DNA of 38,052 nt from an uncultured virus (IMG/VR IMGVR_UViG_3300039099_000002) (Duplodnaviria; Heunggongvirae; Uroviricota; Caudoviricetes), in the IMG/VR virus record IMGVR_UViG_3300039099_000002. One strand, 5' to 3'. The notes beneath the pieces are model-generated. The model was given only the letters and a program-made list of their open reading frames with translations. It was not told the origin of the DNA and made no database searches. A program made the position numbers and the translations under genes. Positions 28,122 to 36,879 of this stretch are shown piece by piece (position 1 is the stretch's first letter; every line of letters starts with the position of its first letter).

Positions 28122-28221
28122 TTTTGTGTGTTTTTTGTGTTATTATGTATATGTTTTGCTCTGTATTTAGTATACGATATAAATACAATATTGTCAACGA
28201 CATAATTAATATTGTGAAAAT

Positions 28222-29139
28222 ATGCCAGAAAATGTTGTTTCTTTGAGTTATTTGCCATACGGCTACAATAAAACTGCTTGGGATAGTTTGCCCGACGTAC
28301 CCAAGAATGAGGCAGAAGAGGAGATAGAGGCAGTATTGCTTGATTACAATACCGTAGGGGCAGAAGAGAGCGTTGTCTATACTTTTTTAATGAATCCTTG
28401 CCAAGTTGATTTTGGTCCATACGCAGCAGATTACACAGAAATTCCTACATTATCAAACAAGACACCGAATCAAGTCTTCAATCACAGTAACGATGGGACT
28501 CTGGTAATTAGTGATATGACTCTCTCTTCGTATTATTTTGGTAAATCGCTGCGACCGATTATCGAAGGGGCGATCGCGCTAACAAAAGCAGAGACAGAGA
28601 ACAATATCTATGCGCCAAAAATTCTATCATTCAGAATGGGTTCAGAAAGATTTGAACCTTGTGTTATGCAGCAAGTAAAATATAACCGCGACACATCCTT
28701 GGGTGGCGAGGCAGCAAAGATCACGATGTCGATGACTTTATTAAAAGTGCCGAAACCAGTTACCAAATTTCAACAAGAACAATCTGACCAAAAGAGAAGA
28801 AATGATGTTGTGAGTAGCAATATCAAAAAAGGAAGTCCCCCGCTACCATTATCCGTTAGAGAACAAAACGATATTATGAAAGCAGCGAAGGAATATATTG
28901 TAAAAATGCTCCCAAGGCTTGATCAATCTTCGATTGTTTCCCCATTTAAAAACGGAAATTATGAAATTAAAGTAGACAAAAATACTGGTGTCGCAAGTTT
29001 TTATTCAAATGGAGCAAACCTAGGGTCAATTGTTCAGAGCAATGGCAAAAAAATCGTTGGTGGAACTGGGATAACATCTTTAAAATTGAAGCCTGGGCAA
29101 GATTATTTAAACTATAGTCAAACTCCACTAGGGAATTGA
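28222..29139 (+). CDS. Contractile-tail tube-initiator/baseplate-like protein (CIS tube-like N-terminal domain)
   Basis: YTFLMNP...Y......Q.F...L, PKILSFRMGS..FEPCVMQQV.Y......GG.A....MSMTL pattern, recognised by eye. Confidence 0.6.
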   Translation: MPENVVSLSYLPYGYNKTAWDSLPDVPKNEAEEEIEAVLLDYNTVGAEESVVYTFLMNPCQVDFGPYAADYTEIPTLSNKTPNQVFNHSNDGTLVISDMTLSSYYFGKSLRPIIEGAIALTKAETENNIYAPKILSFRMGSERFEPCVMQQVKYNRDTSLGGEAAKITMSMTLLKVPKPVTKFQQEQSDQKRRNDVVSSNIKKGSPPLPLSVREQNDIMKAAKEYIVKMLPRLDQSSIVSPFKNGNYEIKVDKNTGVASFYSNGANLGSIVQSNGKKIVGGTGITSLKLKPGQDYLNYSQTPLGN

Positions 29140-29414
29140 TGACTATTTTTTCACGAAATAAGAAATTATTTGTGTGCATACACCACAAGCAAATAAGGCG
29201 TTTGGGAGTGGGATAAAATCTAAAGCTCCCAATGTTGCAAAAATCAAAGAGACAGTTCCAACAACAGTTGTTGCTAAATCTTGGTTAATTTTCATAAGAC
29301 CTCACAATATTTAAATGGTTGTGACACCTAGTGCCAACAACTAGATAATTGTACTATACAATAGCAACAGAAGTGTGATAAAGTTTATATGGACAAAAAT
29401 TTTGTTATTGAAAT

Positions 29415-29807
29415 ATGCAAGTATGGTTAGAAATAAACATATCGAACGCACAGAAAAGCGTACTTGATATAACGGACAAATCAATAATTACAATAGGCAG
29501 CAGAAAAGACAGGGACGTTGTTTTGCCTATTCCAACCATAAGCAGAAAACAATGCGATATTCGCAGGTATAGATCGCACAAAAGTGTAATATTCGATTGG
29601 ATCATTTTAGATGGGTATTTTGGCACAGACGGGAAAATAATATTGCCAAAATACCCGACAATGATCAATGGACAAACTTATTTAGATTTTCGTGATGCAA
29701 AGCTATCCAATGGAGACTGCATTATATTTTCTCATCAGGAGTATCCAAACATAATTTTTAACAATAGCTTTGAGGCAAAAGAAAATGACACGAGCCGGCA
29801 TATTTAA
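29415..29807 (+). CDS. Stand-alone FHA-like domain protein (degenerate)
   Basis: ITIGSRKDRDVVL..PTISRKQCDI...WIILDG...TMINGQ...LSNGDCIIF. Confidence 0.75.
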   Translation: MQVWLEINISNAQKSVLDITDKSIITIGSRKDRDVVLPIPTISRKQCDIRRYRSHKSVIFDWIILDGYFGTDGKIILPKYPTMINGQTYLDFRDAKLSNGDCIIFSHQEYPNIIFNNSFEAKENDTSRHI

Positions 29808-30387
29808 GAATAATCGCAGCACTCTTAAAAAAATAAGTAAAAGCAGAAAGCAAAAAAACAATGGTGATCTTTTGCTTTCTTTGTTATTAATTGTTGGGTT
29901 GGTTGAAGCATCTTTATTTGTTCCGTTTTTGTTGTCGTCAATTTTTAACGATCGCACAGGGTCATTTATTACAACAGCATTTTTTTCGATGTCTTCACTT
30001 GCGATAATTTTTTGGAGTTGGATGCAGACAATTAAAAACACAAGAATAAAGGGGGCAGAAGAGATAGAAATGCAGCTAAATCAAGCCATAAATACTGCAA
30101 GGCTTGACATGAATGGGATTAATAATTCCCAAGACAAAGAAATAAAGGAGCTACGAGAGAAAGTTAAAGATGTTGACGGACTAACATCTTTAATAGATGT
30201 CAGAGTTCAAGAGTTGAATAAAACCTACACCATTTGCATCAAGCTAATAAAAATAGTTGAGTTTATTGAATACTTGGATGAAGAGATAGAGGAATTAATA
30301 AGAATCATAGAATTGAGCTCTTTGTCGAGAAATTTTACTCGCAGAAGAAAGCCAGACAGAATAGACACAAGTGATTTAAACTGGTAA
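29770..30387 (+). CDS. Two-TM protein with a C-terminal coiled coil
   Basis: Basic N-terminus, two hydrophobic helices, heptad-like tail; start may be the ATG at 29785. Confidence 0.65.
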   Translation: MRQKKMTRAGIFKNNRSTLKKISKSRKQKNNGDLLLSLLLIVGLVEASLFVPFLLSSIFNDRTGSFITTAFFSMSSLAIIFWSWMQTIKNTRIKGAEEIEMQLNQAINTARLDMNGINNSQDKEIKELREKVKDVDGLTSLIDVRVQELNKTYTICIKLIKIVEFIEYLDEEIEELIRIIELSSLSRNFTRRRKPDRIDTSDLNW

Positions 30388-30409
30388 TCTATAAATTTGT
30401 AAAATTTAG

Positions 30410-30438
30410 TTGATTTTTTGTGTTATCCGATGTACTAT
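30410..30438 (+). promoter_or_regulatory. Conserved element promoter, copy 9
   Basis: TTGATT-ttttgtgttatccgatg-TACTAT. Confidence 0.65.
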
Positions 30439-30464
30439 ATAATAAGCAAAAATAACACAAAGAC

Positions 30465-30594
30465 ATGGATTACAAAACGGCATTTAGGGTTCTTGGTGTG
30501 AATGCGCCAATAGAGAGAAGATCTAAAAAAGGAGTATAAAGCCTTAGCGAAAGTGCATCACCCTGATATTCAGGGTGGCAACAAAATAATTTGA
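30465..30594 (+). pseudogene. Frameshifted, truncated DnaJ J-domain gene
   Basis: MDYKTAFRVLGVNAPIE / frameshift at gagagaaga / EDLKKEYKALAKVHHPDIQGGNKII*; HPD motif present. Confidence 0.75.
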
Positions 30595-30602
30595 AAACAG
30601 AG

Positions 30603-30631
30603 TTGACTTTGTTCGTTAACCGCAGTATTAT
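30603..30631 (+). promoter_or_regulatory. Conserved element promoter, copy 10
   Basis: TTGACT-ttgttcgttaaccgcag-TATTAT followed by an ATAGACAAAAAC leader. Confidence 0.75.
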
Positions 30632-30662
30632 AGACACATAGACAAAAACGCAAAAAACAGAT

Positions 30663-31052
30663 ATGCCACAAGTAAAATTAAACATTGGATTTTGGAACGG
30701 ATTTGTTCCGTCTGCCCCAGAGAGATCGGTTATTGAAGTTGAGAGAAAACTTCACTATTTTCCTCAGAGTATTTATGTATGTATGGAAGTCCAAGAGTGG
30801 AAGCATCCGCCAGGAGTTGGGGCTTACATTCACACACTGGACGACGAAGGAAAAATGCTTGACTGTCAACATGGAAACTGCGCTCCTGGCTCTTTTGCGG
30901 GATTACGAGGAGAATCATACAATACCCTAATAGATTGTATTCCTGAAATTAAGGATAGAGTGGACAGCATCCTCTCTCAAATGGAAGGGAGATACTTCGA
31001 TACTTACAAAGACCACTACTGGACAGGAAAAGATTATCACAACCAAAAATAA
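30663..31052 (+). CDS. Hypothetical protein
   Basis: 129-aa ORF between a promoter and an inverted repeat at ~31046-31098. Confidence 0.7.
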   Translation: MPQVKLNIGFWNGFVPSAPERSVIEVERKLHYFPQSIYVCMEVQEWKHPPGVGAYIHTLDDEGKMLDCQHGNCAPGSFAGLRGESYNTLIDCIPEIKDRVDSILSQMEGRYFDTYKDHYWTGKDYHNQK

Positions 31053-31126
31053 TCTTCGGTGATAGCTCTATTCTCGACCTATCACCGAAGATTATTTTGT
31101 TATCGGAATTTACAAGGATTTAAAAA

Positions 31127-31354
31127 ATGAACAAAACACAAAACACAATCAAAGCAGCACTTATAAATATTGAGGAAGTTCCGATATGGGACTCTTGACA
31201 TACTCACCGACCTTCATTAAGCGCCATTGAGGATAAATTAGCTGATATTCCGATTGTGAGAAGTCCACGCAACGGGTATATTAAAAAGGTAAAACCTTGG
31301 GTTGGTAAAGATGGAAAATATACAACGAGTATTACTATTGTTTCTAAGAAGTAA
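31127..31354 (+). pseudogene. Small gene with an in-frame TGA
   Basis: 76-codon frame from ATG 31127 (AAGGA upstream) to TAA 31354, with one TGA at 31196-31198. Confidence 0.5.
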
Positions 31355-31359
31355 AAATC

Positions 31360-31590
31360 ATGAAGCAACAAAATCAGTTTGAATTTGAAGGTGAAAATAA
31401 ACCAACTAAAATCAGAACCATTACCGGAACATTCAAATATTGTAATTCTGGTACTGAAGAAGTTAAAACCGTTACTTGTTTATTCGATGAAAGATCAGAA
31501 AAATATGAACTAACAAAAATTTATGTAGTAGAGTTTGGTTGTAAATTAGTCTTTTCTAAGTCTGATAATGAATTTTTAGTTAATGATTAA
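31360..31590 (+). CDS. Hypothetical protein
   Basis: 76-aa ORF. Confidence 0.6.
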   Translation: MKQQNQFEFEGENKPTKIRTITGTFKYCNSGTEEVKTVTCLFDERSEKYELTKIYVVEFGCKLVFSKSDNEFLVND

Positions 31591-31661
31591 TTAATTCTGC
31601 CTAAAAACAGAGTGATCACACAAAAAAAATAAAATGAGATCGCTCCGTTTTTTAATCCAAT

Positions 31662-31955
31662 TTAATAGATTAGCCCTCGCTGTAAAACCATTTCTCTCTT
31701 CGCTACCCCTACTACGGTAAAACGAAAATTAAAGTCTTCAATGACTTTTTTAAAATTTTCTATATCATCGCCAAAAACACGAACCTGACCCTTTGATCGC
31801 GTTCTTGGAGAAACTATTATAAACCCATTTTTAATGTTTATTTGTGTTTCATCTTTTTCTTTGTCCCATACGTTGGCTTTTTTGAATCCAGATGCAATTA
31901 ACATATCTGAAAGAACGTGCGCTGCTTCCCTGTGGGTCAAAATATTCTTACTCAT
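31662..31955 (-). CDS. Hypothetical protein
   Basis: Likely start MSKNIL with AAGGA upstream. Confidence 0.6.
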   Translation of the reverse strand: MSKNILTHREAAHVLSDMLIASGFKKANVWDKEKDETQINIKNGFIIVSPRTRSKGQVRVFGDDIENFKKVIEDFNFRFTVVGVAKREMVLQRGLIY

Positions 31956-32086
31956 TGTTTTTCCTTGATTTATTACAAACAACATCTTTTGTGAAGCTAA
32001 AAATGTCTAACTTGCTCATATTTTCGACTGCACTTTTAAAATGATAGTATAGTCGTTAGCTATACTATCATTGCTGTGTGACACAA

Positions 32087-32425
32087 TTAATGTTTTAATT
32101 CATTTTTGACTATTGCCTCAAACCTTCTCACAAAAATTCTTAGAGTTAGGTAGTACCTAGGGTGAAGAATTTTTAGTCGAGGAATAAAACTCTTGTGTTC
32201 TTCTTTAGGAATCTGTTTTATGTACTCCTCGTTTAAGTCTTTGATGTTTTTGTTTTCCTCGCCAGTTATGTCATAACCATCGAATGGACAATTCCAGATT
32301 ACATCCAAGACTTTATCTCTAAAGTCTTGGTCATCAACTCCTACAACTTCTTTTATGAAGCCAGAAACGTCTTTTTTTAGCTGCGATCTTGTATCCATTT
32401 TGCTTCTTTTTTGACTTGTATCCAT
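32087..32425 (-). CDS. Hypothetical protein; its start region is tandemly duplicated (27 bp)
   Basis: 112-aa ORF behind TTGACT-N17-TATTAT (32472-32500). Confidence 0.65.
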   Translation of the reverse strand: MDTSQKRSKMDTRSQLKKDVSGFIKEVVGVDDQDFRDKVLDVIWNCPFDGYDITGEENKNIKDLNEEYIKQIPKEEHKSFIPRLKILHPRYYLTLRIFVRRFEAIVKNELKH

Positions 32426-32518
32426 TTTGCTTCTTTTTTGATTGAATTTGGTGTTTTATTTTTCTGTATATATAATACCCAAAAACATATAAAAAGTCAA
32501 TATTTTTGGTGAAACTTT

Positions 32519-34552
32519 TTATATGTTTTCTACAGAAAAACCCCAATTATTTGATTTTGAAAACCCTTGTTTTTCTATTTCAACTATGCAGTCTTTCAGT
32601 AAATTGCTATATTTCTCCATCAAACATTTAGCATTTCCTGGCGGATAATCACTTAAATTTCCCCACAATTTAATTACCAAAAGAACATGGTTTTGCTCCT
32701 CTAGTAAAGCCAGCCTGATGACAACTAAAACCTCTTCCTCCGTTTGCGCTTGTGTAACTGTTAAAAGTCCCTCACCTATTCGAGATTTATTTGTCATAGC
32801 CGCTTTAGTTCTGGCAATAATATCATTTGAGTTATACACTTTTTCTCTGTCTATTTTTTCGGCAATTTTTGTTCTTGAAAAAATATTTTTATTGGGGTAT
32901 TTTTCAGAAAGTCCAGCAACAATTTCCTTAACTTTGTTGATATCACCAACAAAAAGTGACTGCAACCGAACATATCCATCCTCTGGGGAATCGTAAATCA
33001 AGTCGCCACGCCCAAGCAAATAATTCGCAGCACATTCCCGACCCATAATAATTGCACCATCGGCGGCTGTTTTTGTTCTGAGGGCTATCCTTCCGGGCAG
33101 GTTTGATCTAATCAATGGGGTCACAACATCCTTATCTGGGCGTTGAGTTGAGAATACTAAATGAATCCCTGCTGCTGATGCGATCGCTGCAATCCTGGGC
33201 AACACCTTCTCAAGTGTCGCTTTGTTTTCCTTGTCGCCAACATGGTCGGCGTACTCGTCATAAATCACAACCAGCCGAGGCATTTTATATCCCATATCTT
33301 GATATTCTGCCAAATTTCGTGCGCCGACTTTGGCAAATTTTGAATATCTGTCTTGAGATTCTTCGAGTAAGTCATTCAAAACTTCTATTGCATCTTCGGC
33401 AAAGCACTTATATTCTTTTACCCACGCCAAATTTTCAAAGATTCTAAAATCTACTTGCTTGGGGTCAATAATTATAAATTGAACTTGCTCTGGTGTAAAT
33501 CGATCCATCACGGATATTACAAAGCTCATAACAAGCTGAGATTTTCCACATCTTGGTGTTCCGCCAATCAAAAAACTTGGACAAACACTGTCTGGCGAAG
33601 ACATATCAACCTCGACAAGCTTGCATTCAATATCTACCCCAATCGCAAATGTTAGCCTTTCTCTGTCCATTTTCAGAGAATAATCTTCGTAGTGAATTAT
33701 TCGTCTATCTGCTGAAGATTTAGCAATATCTATGGCCACATAGCCAGTCTGGGCAGAAATTAACGGATCAATCCGCAATGCACAGGCAATTTTAATATCC
33801 TTAGATAGCTTGTCAAGAACGCTATATTTTGTGCCATTTCCAATGCCAATTTTAATGCGATTGAAGCTTGGTGCATTTACAGAACCATAGTATTGAGCAT
33901 CAAGTTTTCTGTTTGAAAATAAACTAAATAGTCTTCTGATCACCTCTTCGCTGCTTAAGTTGACTTGCTCTGAAACTGGTGGCAAAACATTCTGCGAGTT
34001 CGCGCTACCGGTAAATACTTCCTGGGTGAGTGCTTGTGATTTTTCTTTGACTTGAATGGCAGCAACACCGCGAGACAATTCATAGTCTCGCATTTCACCA
34101 ATTCGTCTGTGAGGGTCTGTAATTCTTCTGTCCTCAGCTATGCTATTCGATAGCACAGCAACGCCAGCGAACATTAGTCCCGAACCAAGGGTAATCCAGC
34201 CCTGTAGCGGGGACGTGGCTGGGGTATCTTCAATTATTTTCGCTCCCTTTGGAAGTTTTGCCGATGTTAATTCAGCGTTAAAAACATAAGGCTTTTTCCA
34301 TTTGTCGCAGAAAGTTTTAATTTCTCTATTTTTTTTGTTAACAATCTGCTTACCACAAAATATATAGTTTGTGGTAGAAACAGCAGTTCCTTTATGAGAC
34401 ATAATTGCCCCAACAAGACTTAATGTTGATAATCCAACTATGATGGAAAATTTTAAATCATAGGGCATCAAAGACATCGCTTTGAGCGCGTTGCTTTCGC
34501 TGCCAGAAATTCTGTCCTCTATGGATACCTTGACCATTGCACTTCTCTCCAA
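32519..34552 (-). CDS. Membrane-anchored FtsK/SpoIIIE-family DNA translocase
   Basis: Two N-terminal TM segments, FtsK-alpha-like region, Walker A GGTPRCGKS, IIDPKQVDF, Walker B VVIYDEYAD, STQRP, A.YLLGRGD; no evident gamma wHTH. Confidence 0.92.
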   Translation of the reverse strand: MERSAMVKVSIEDRISGSESNALKAMSLMPYDLKFSIIVGLSTLSLVGAIMSHKGTAVSTTNYIFCGKQIVNKKNREIKTFCDKWKKPYVFNAELTSAKLPKGAKIIEDTPATSPLQGWITLGSGLMFAGVAVLSNSIAEDRRITDPHRRIGEMRDYELSRGVAAIQVKEKSQALTQEVFTGSANSQNVLPPVSEQVNLSSEEVIRRLFSLFSNRKLDAQYYGSVNAPSFNRIKIGIGNGTKYSVLDKLSKDIKIACALRIDPLISAQTGYVAIDIAKSSADRRIIHYEDYSLKMDRERLTFAIGVDIECKLVEVDMSSPDSVCPSFLIGGTPRCGKSQLVMSFVISVMDRFTPEQVQFIIIDPKQVDFRIFENLAWVKEYKCFAEDAIEVLNDLLEESQDRYSKFAKVGARNLAEYQDMGYKMPRLVVIYDEYADHVGDKENKATLEKVLPRIAAIASAAGIHLVFSTQRPDKDVVTPLIRSNLPGRIALRTKTAADGAIIMGRECAANYLLGRGDLIYDSPEDGYVRLQSLFVGDINKVKEIVAGLSEKYPNKNIFSRTKIAEKIDREKVYNSNDIIARTKAAMTNKSRIGEGLLTVTQAQTEEEVLVVIRLALLEEQNHVLLVIKLWGNLSDYPPGNAKCLMEKYSNLLKDCIVEIEKQGFSKSNNWGFSVENI

Positions 34553-34644
34553 AATACTTACAATATACTCTCAATATTAATGTTATTATATACGATTTTT
34601 GGTGATATTGTGCAAAAAACATGATATTTCCAAAAATAAATACA

Positions 34645-34689
34645 AAAAATATTGACGATAAAAATCTGATTTTTATCGTCAATATTTTT
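34645..34689. terminator. Inverted repeat just downstream of the tRNA
   Basis: aaaaatattgacgataaaaat-ctg-atttttatcgtcaatattttt. Confidence 0.6.
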
Positions 34690-34694
34690 AGAAA

Positions 34695-34767
34695 TACAGG
34701 ATACAGGAATCGAACCTGTCTACCACAAATTATGAGTTTGTTGCCTTAACCTCTCGGCCAATCCTGC
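34695..34767 (-). tRNA. tRNA with CAU anticodon, most likely tRNA-Ile2 (lysidine type)
   Basis: GCAGGATTGGCCGAGAGGTTAAGGCAACAAACTCATAATTTGTGGTAGACAGGTTCGATTCCTGTATCCTGTA folds into a full cloverleaf and resembles cyanobacterial trnI-CAU; CCA not encoded. Confidence 0.9.
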
Positions 34768-35424
34768 TTAAAATAGAGTAACGCCAAGTGGTATTACTCT
34801 TGGTATCCATAACATCTATATCTTAGCACAGATATTGTGTTTTTAGTGGCAAAAAATACAAAATGATTATCTTATATTTTTGCTCTCTTCCCACTCTTTT
34901 TTACTTAGCAATTCTTCTTCATGGCAACTAATATAGTAATCCACGCCAGCATCATCCGGCGTAACAGTTTCACCACGCTTTTTAGCCTCTGCCAAAATCT
35001 TTAGTTTCTTATTTCTGGCGTTAAGAAGATCCTCGCGTTCCTCCTTTAATTTGATCAAATTCTCCTGATACCTGTTATCAATCTCGTATTCAAGCTGAAT
35101 TTAATCGAGATTGACAGCCAGGATGTGGAGAAAAGTGTTGAGGGGAAAAGCCCGCACAACCTCTATTCTCTAAAATGCCCATGCCCATTACCCGGTGAAA
35201 CAGATATTAACTTTTGCCTAATAACCATTGGATCAATCCAATGGTTATTTTGTTATGTGGAGCTAAACCGCAAATCAACAGGGATTTTCGCGGCAACAAA
35301 CACATAAGCCGATAAAATTGCTATAATAGAATTATCACAGATACACTCTTAACTTTAGTGATCGCAACATCGCTGGCGATCACTTTTACCTAACCTTAAA
35401 TCCTACTTATCCGTTTCAATTTCT

Positions 35425-36123
35425 ATGGACAACCAAAGAACGGATCAACCTTCACCACTCCAAAGTTTACAGCGACATATTTACGAACAAGGGTTAGAGG
35501 TTGTCGTAGACTTGCTGTTTCCAGTTGTAGCTACAATCTTGTTTGCTTATATTAATCATGTCGTAAAGAATGGCATTATACCTTACTTAAAGCAGATAGC
35601 TGAAAAAATACAATCGGATAGAAAGAATCGCCCAACATTTAACCCAGATCAAGAGGCTAAAATCAAGGAATATATGCGGGCTATGCTTGCTGAATCCGAT
35701 ATTGATAGGGTTAGTTTGTTTTTCCTAGATAATCCGCATTTTCACAATGAACTCATTAAAGCGGATTCCTTCACATTGTGGATTGCAGCTGAAAAAAATA
35801 TTGGAAGCGTTAACGAATCCAACAATGAATTAAGTTTTGCCTTTGTCTCAGAAGAAATTAATCGTCTTGCTCAAAGGATGGAGAAGATTGCTTCATACAA
35901 CAAAATTCAAGACGGGAAAGTATGTTTGGTCTTTCTAGAGAAGCGCGGAACTACAGGATACTCATTTTATTGTACAAACGAGTACGGTTTTTTGCTTATT
36001 GAGAAAACGGGAAATGGATTTAGATTATTCAATAATATTAAATATTTCATAGGCGGAAAAAGCTTTGATTATTTAGATTATTGTAATAAAATTGATCAGA
36101 TAATTGGAGAATCCGCAACATAA
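35425..36123 (+). CDS. Single-TM protein with a GAF-like C-terminal domain (holin candidate)
   Basis: N-terminal TM (VVVDLLFPVVATILFAYI), then I.EYM..ML.ESDIDRVSLFFL; function is inferred. Confidence 0.6.
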   Translation: MDNQRTDQPSPLQSLQRHIYEQGLEVVVDLLFPVVATILFAYINHVVKNGIIPYLKQIAEKIQSDRKNRPTFNPDQEAKIKEYMRAMLAESDIDRVSLFFLDNPHFHNELIKADSFTLWIAAEKNIGSVNESNNELSFAFVSEEINRLAQRMEKIASYNKIQDGKVCLVFLEKRGTTGYSFYCTNEYGFLLIEKTGNGFRLFNNIKYFIGGKSFDYLDYCNKIDQIIGESAT

Positions 36124-36291
36124 TCACTACTCGATATCACTACTCGATGTTTTGTCTATAATTGGTGACTGTGAGAAAATATTTGTTTCCTGCTTAATAG
36201 CAACATCGTCGCCAATACCGAATTTTGGTGTAGTGATCGTATTCCTGAGTTTTGAAATTTGCCCAAACTAGGAACTGAGAAATTTATAGAA

Positions 36292-36879
36292 TCAGTAGAT
36301 GTTTGTTGATCTATTGTTGCAAGCATTTGTGTCTCCTTGTGCTGTTATGAACCAAAATTTTACTGGGACTTTAATTAGAATCCCTCTGTTGCTTGTTAAT
36401 CGCAAACAAAATATCCTGTCATGCGGCTTCTGAAATTCAAGCCTAGAAAAGCCTACATTACCGTCATTCAGTCTTTTACCAATAATATATTTTTTAGTCG
36501 AGTCAACTAAAGTTACGTTTATTTCCCCGTCTTTCAGATATATTTCTGGAAACGTTAAAGACTCCAGGAAAACAAATTCATCGCCAAGATGGCATTTTAA
36601 TAATAAAACGCACCCATCTTCCCTTTCAGATGGCGACAAAGATTTATCCATTATTAAGTCGCCAACCCTTAATTTATTAGTCCCAAACGTATTTTCTACT
36701 TGGGCAGCAATAATTTCATTAACGTCTTTGACTACATCTTCTGTTACCAAGTCGGCGATGTCATTATCTAAGCACTTATTCTCTTGTATTAGCGTCTCCA
36801 GAGAATAATATTTAGTAACATATACTGGTTTTGGACACCATTTCGATTTTTTGTTTTTTTGCACTTTCCCCTCACACAA
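36292..36879 (-). CDS. Hypothetical protein
   Basis: 195-aa ORF. Confidence 0.65.
   Translation of the reverse strand: MCEGKVQKNKKSKWCPKPVYVTKYYSLETLIQENKCLDNDIADLVTEDVVKDVNEIIAAQVENTFGTNKLRVGDLIMDKSLSPSEREDGCVLLLKCHLGDEFVFLESLTFPEIYLKDGEINVTLVDSTKKYIIGKRLNDGNVGFSRLEFQKPHDRIFCLRLTSNRGILIKVPVKFWFITAQGDTNACNNRSTNIY

Noticed and set aside
31127..31354. Stop-codon reassignment in the element
   Set aside because: The interrupting stops differ between genes (TGA, TAA, TAG), long genes read normally in code 11, and there is no suppressor tRNA.
34695..34767. tRNA as the prophage attachment site
   Set aside because: No duplicated tRNA 3' end or integrase is seen in the window, and phage-like genes lie on both sides.
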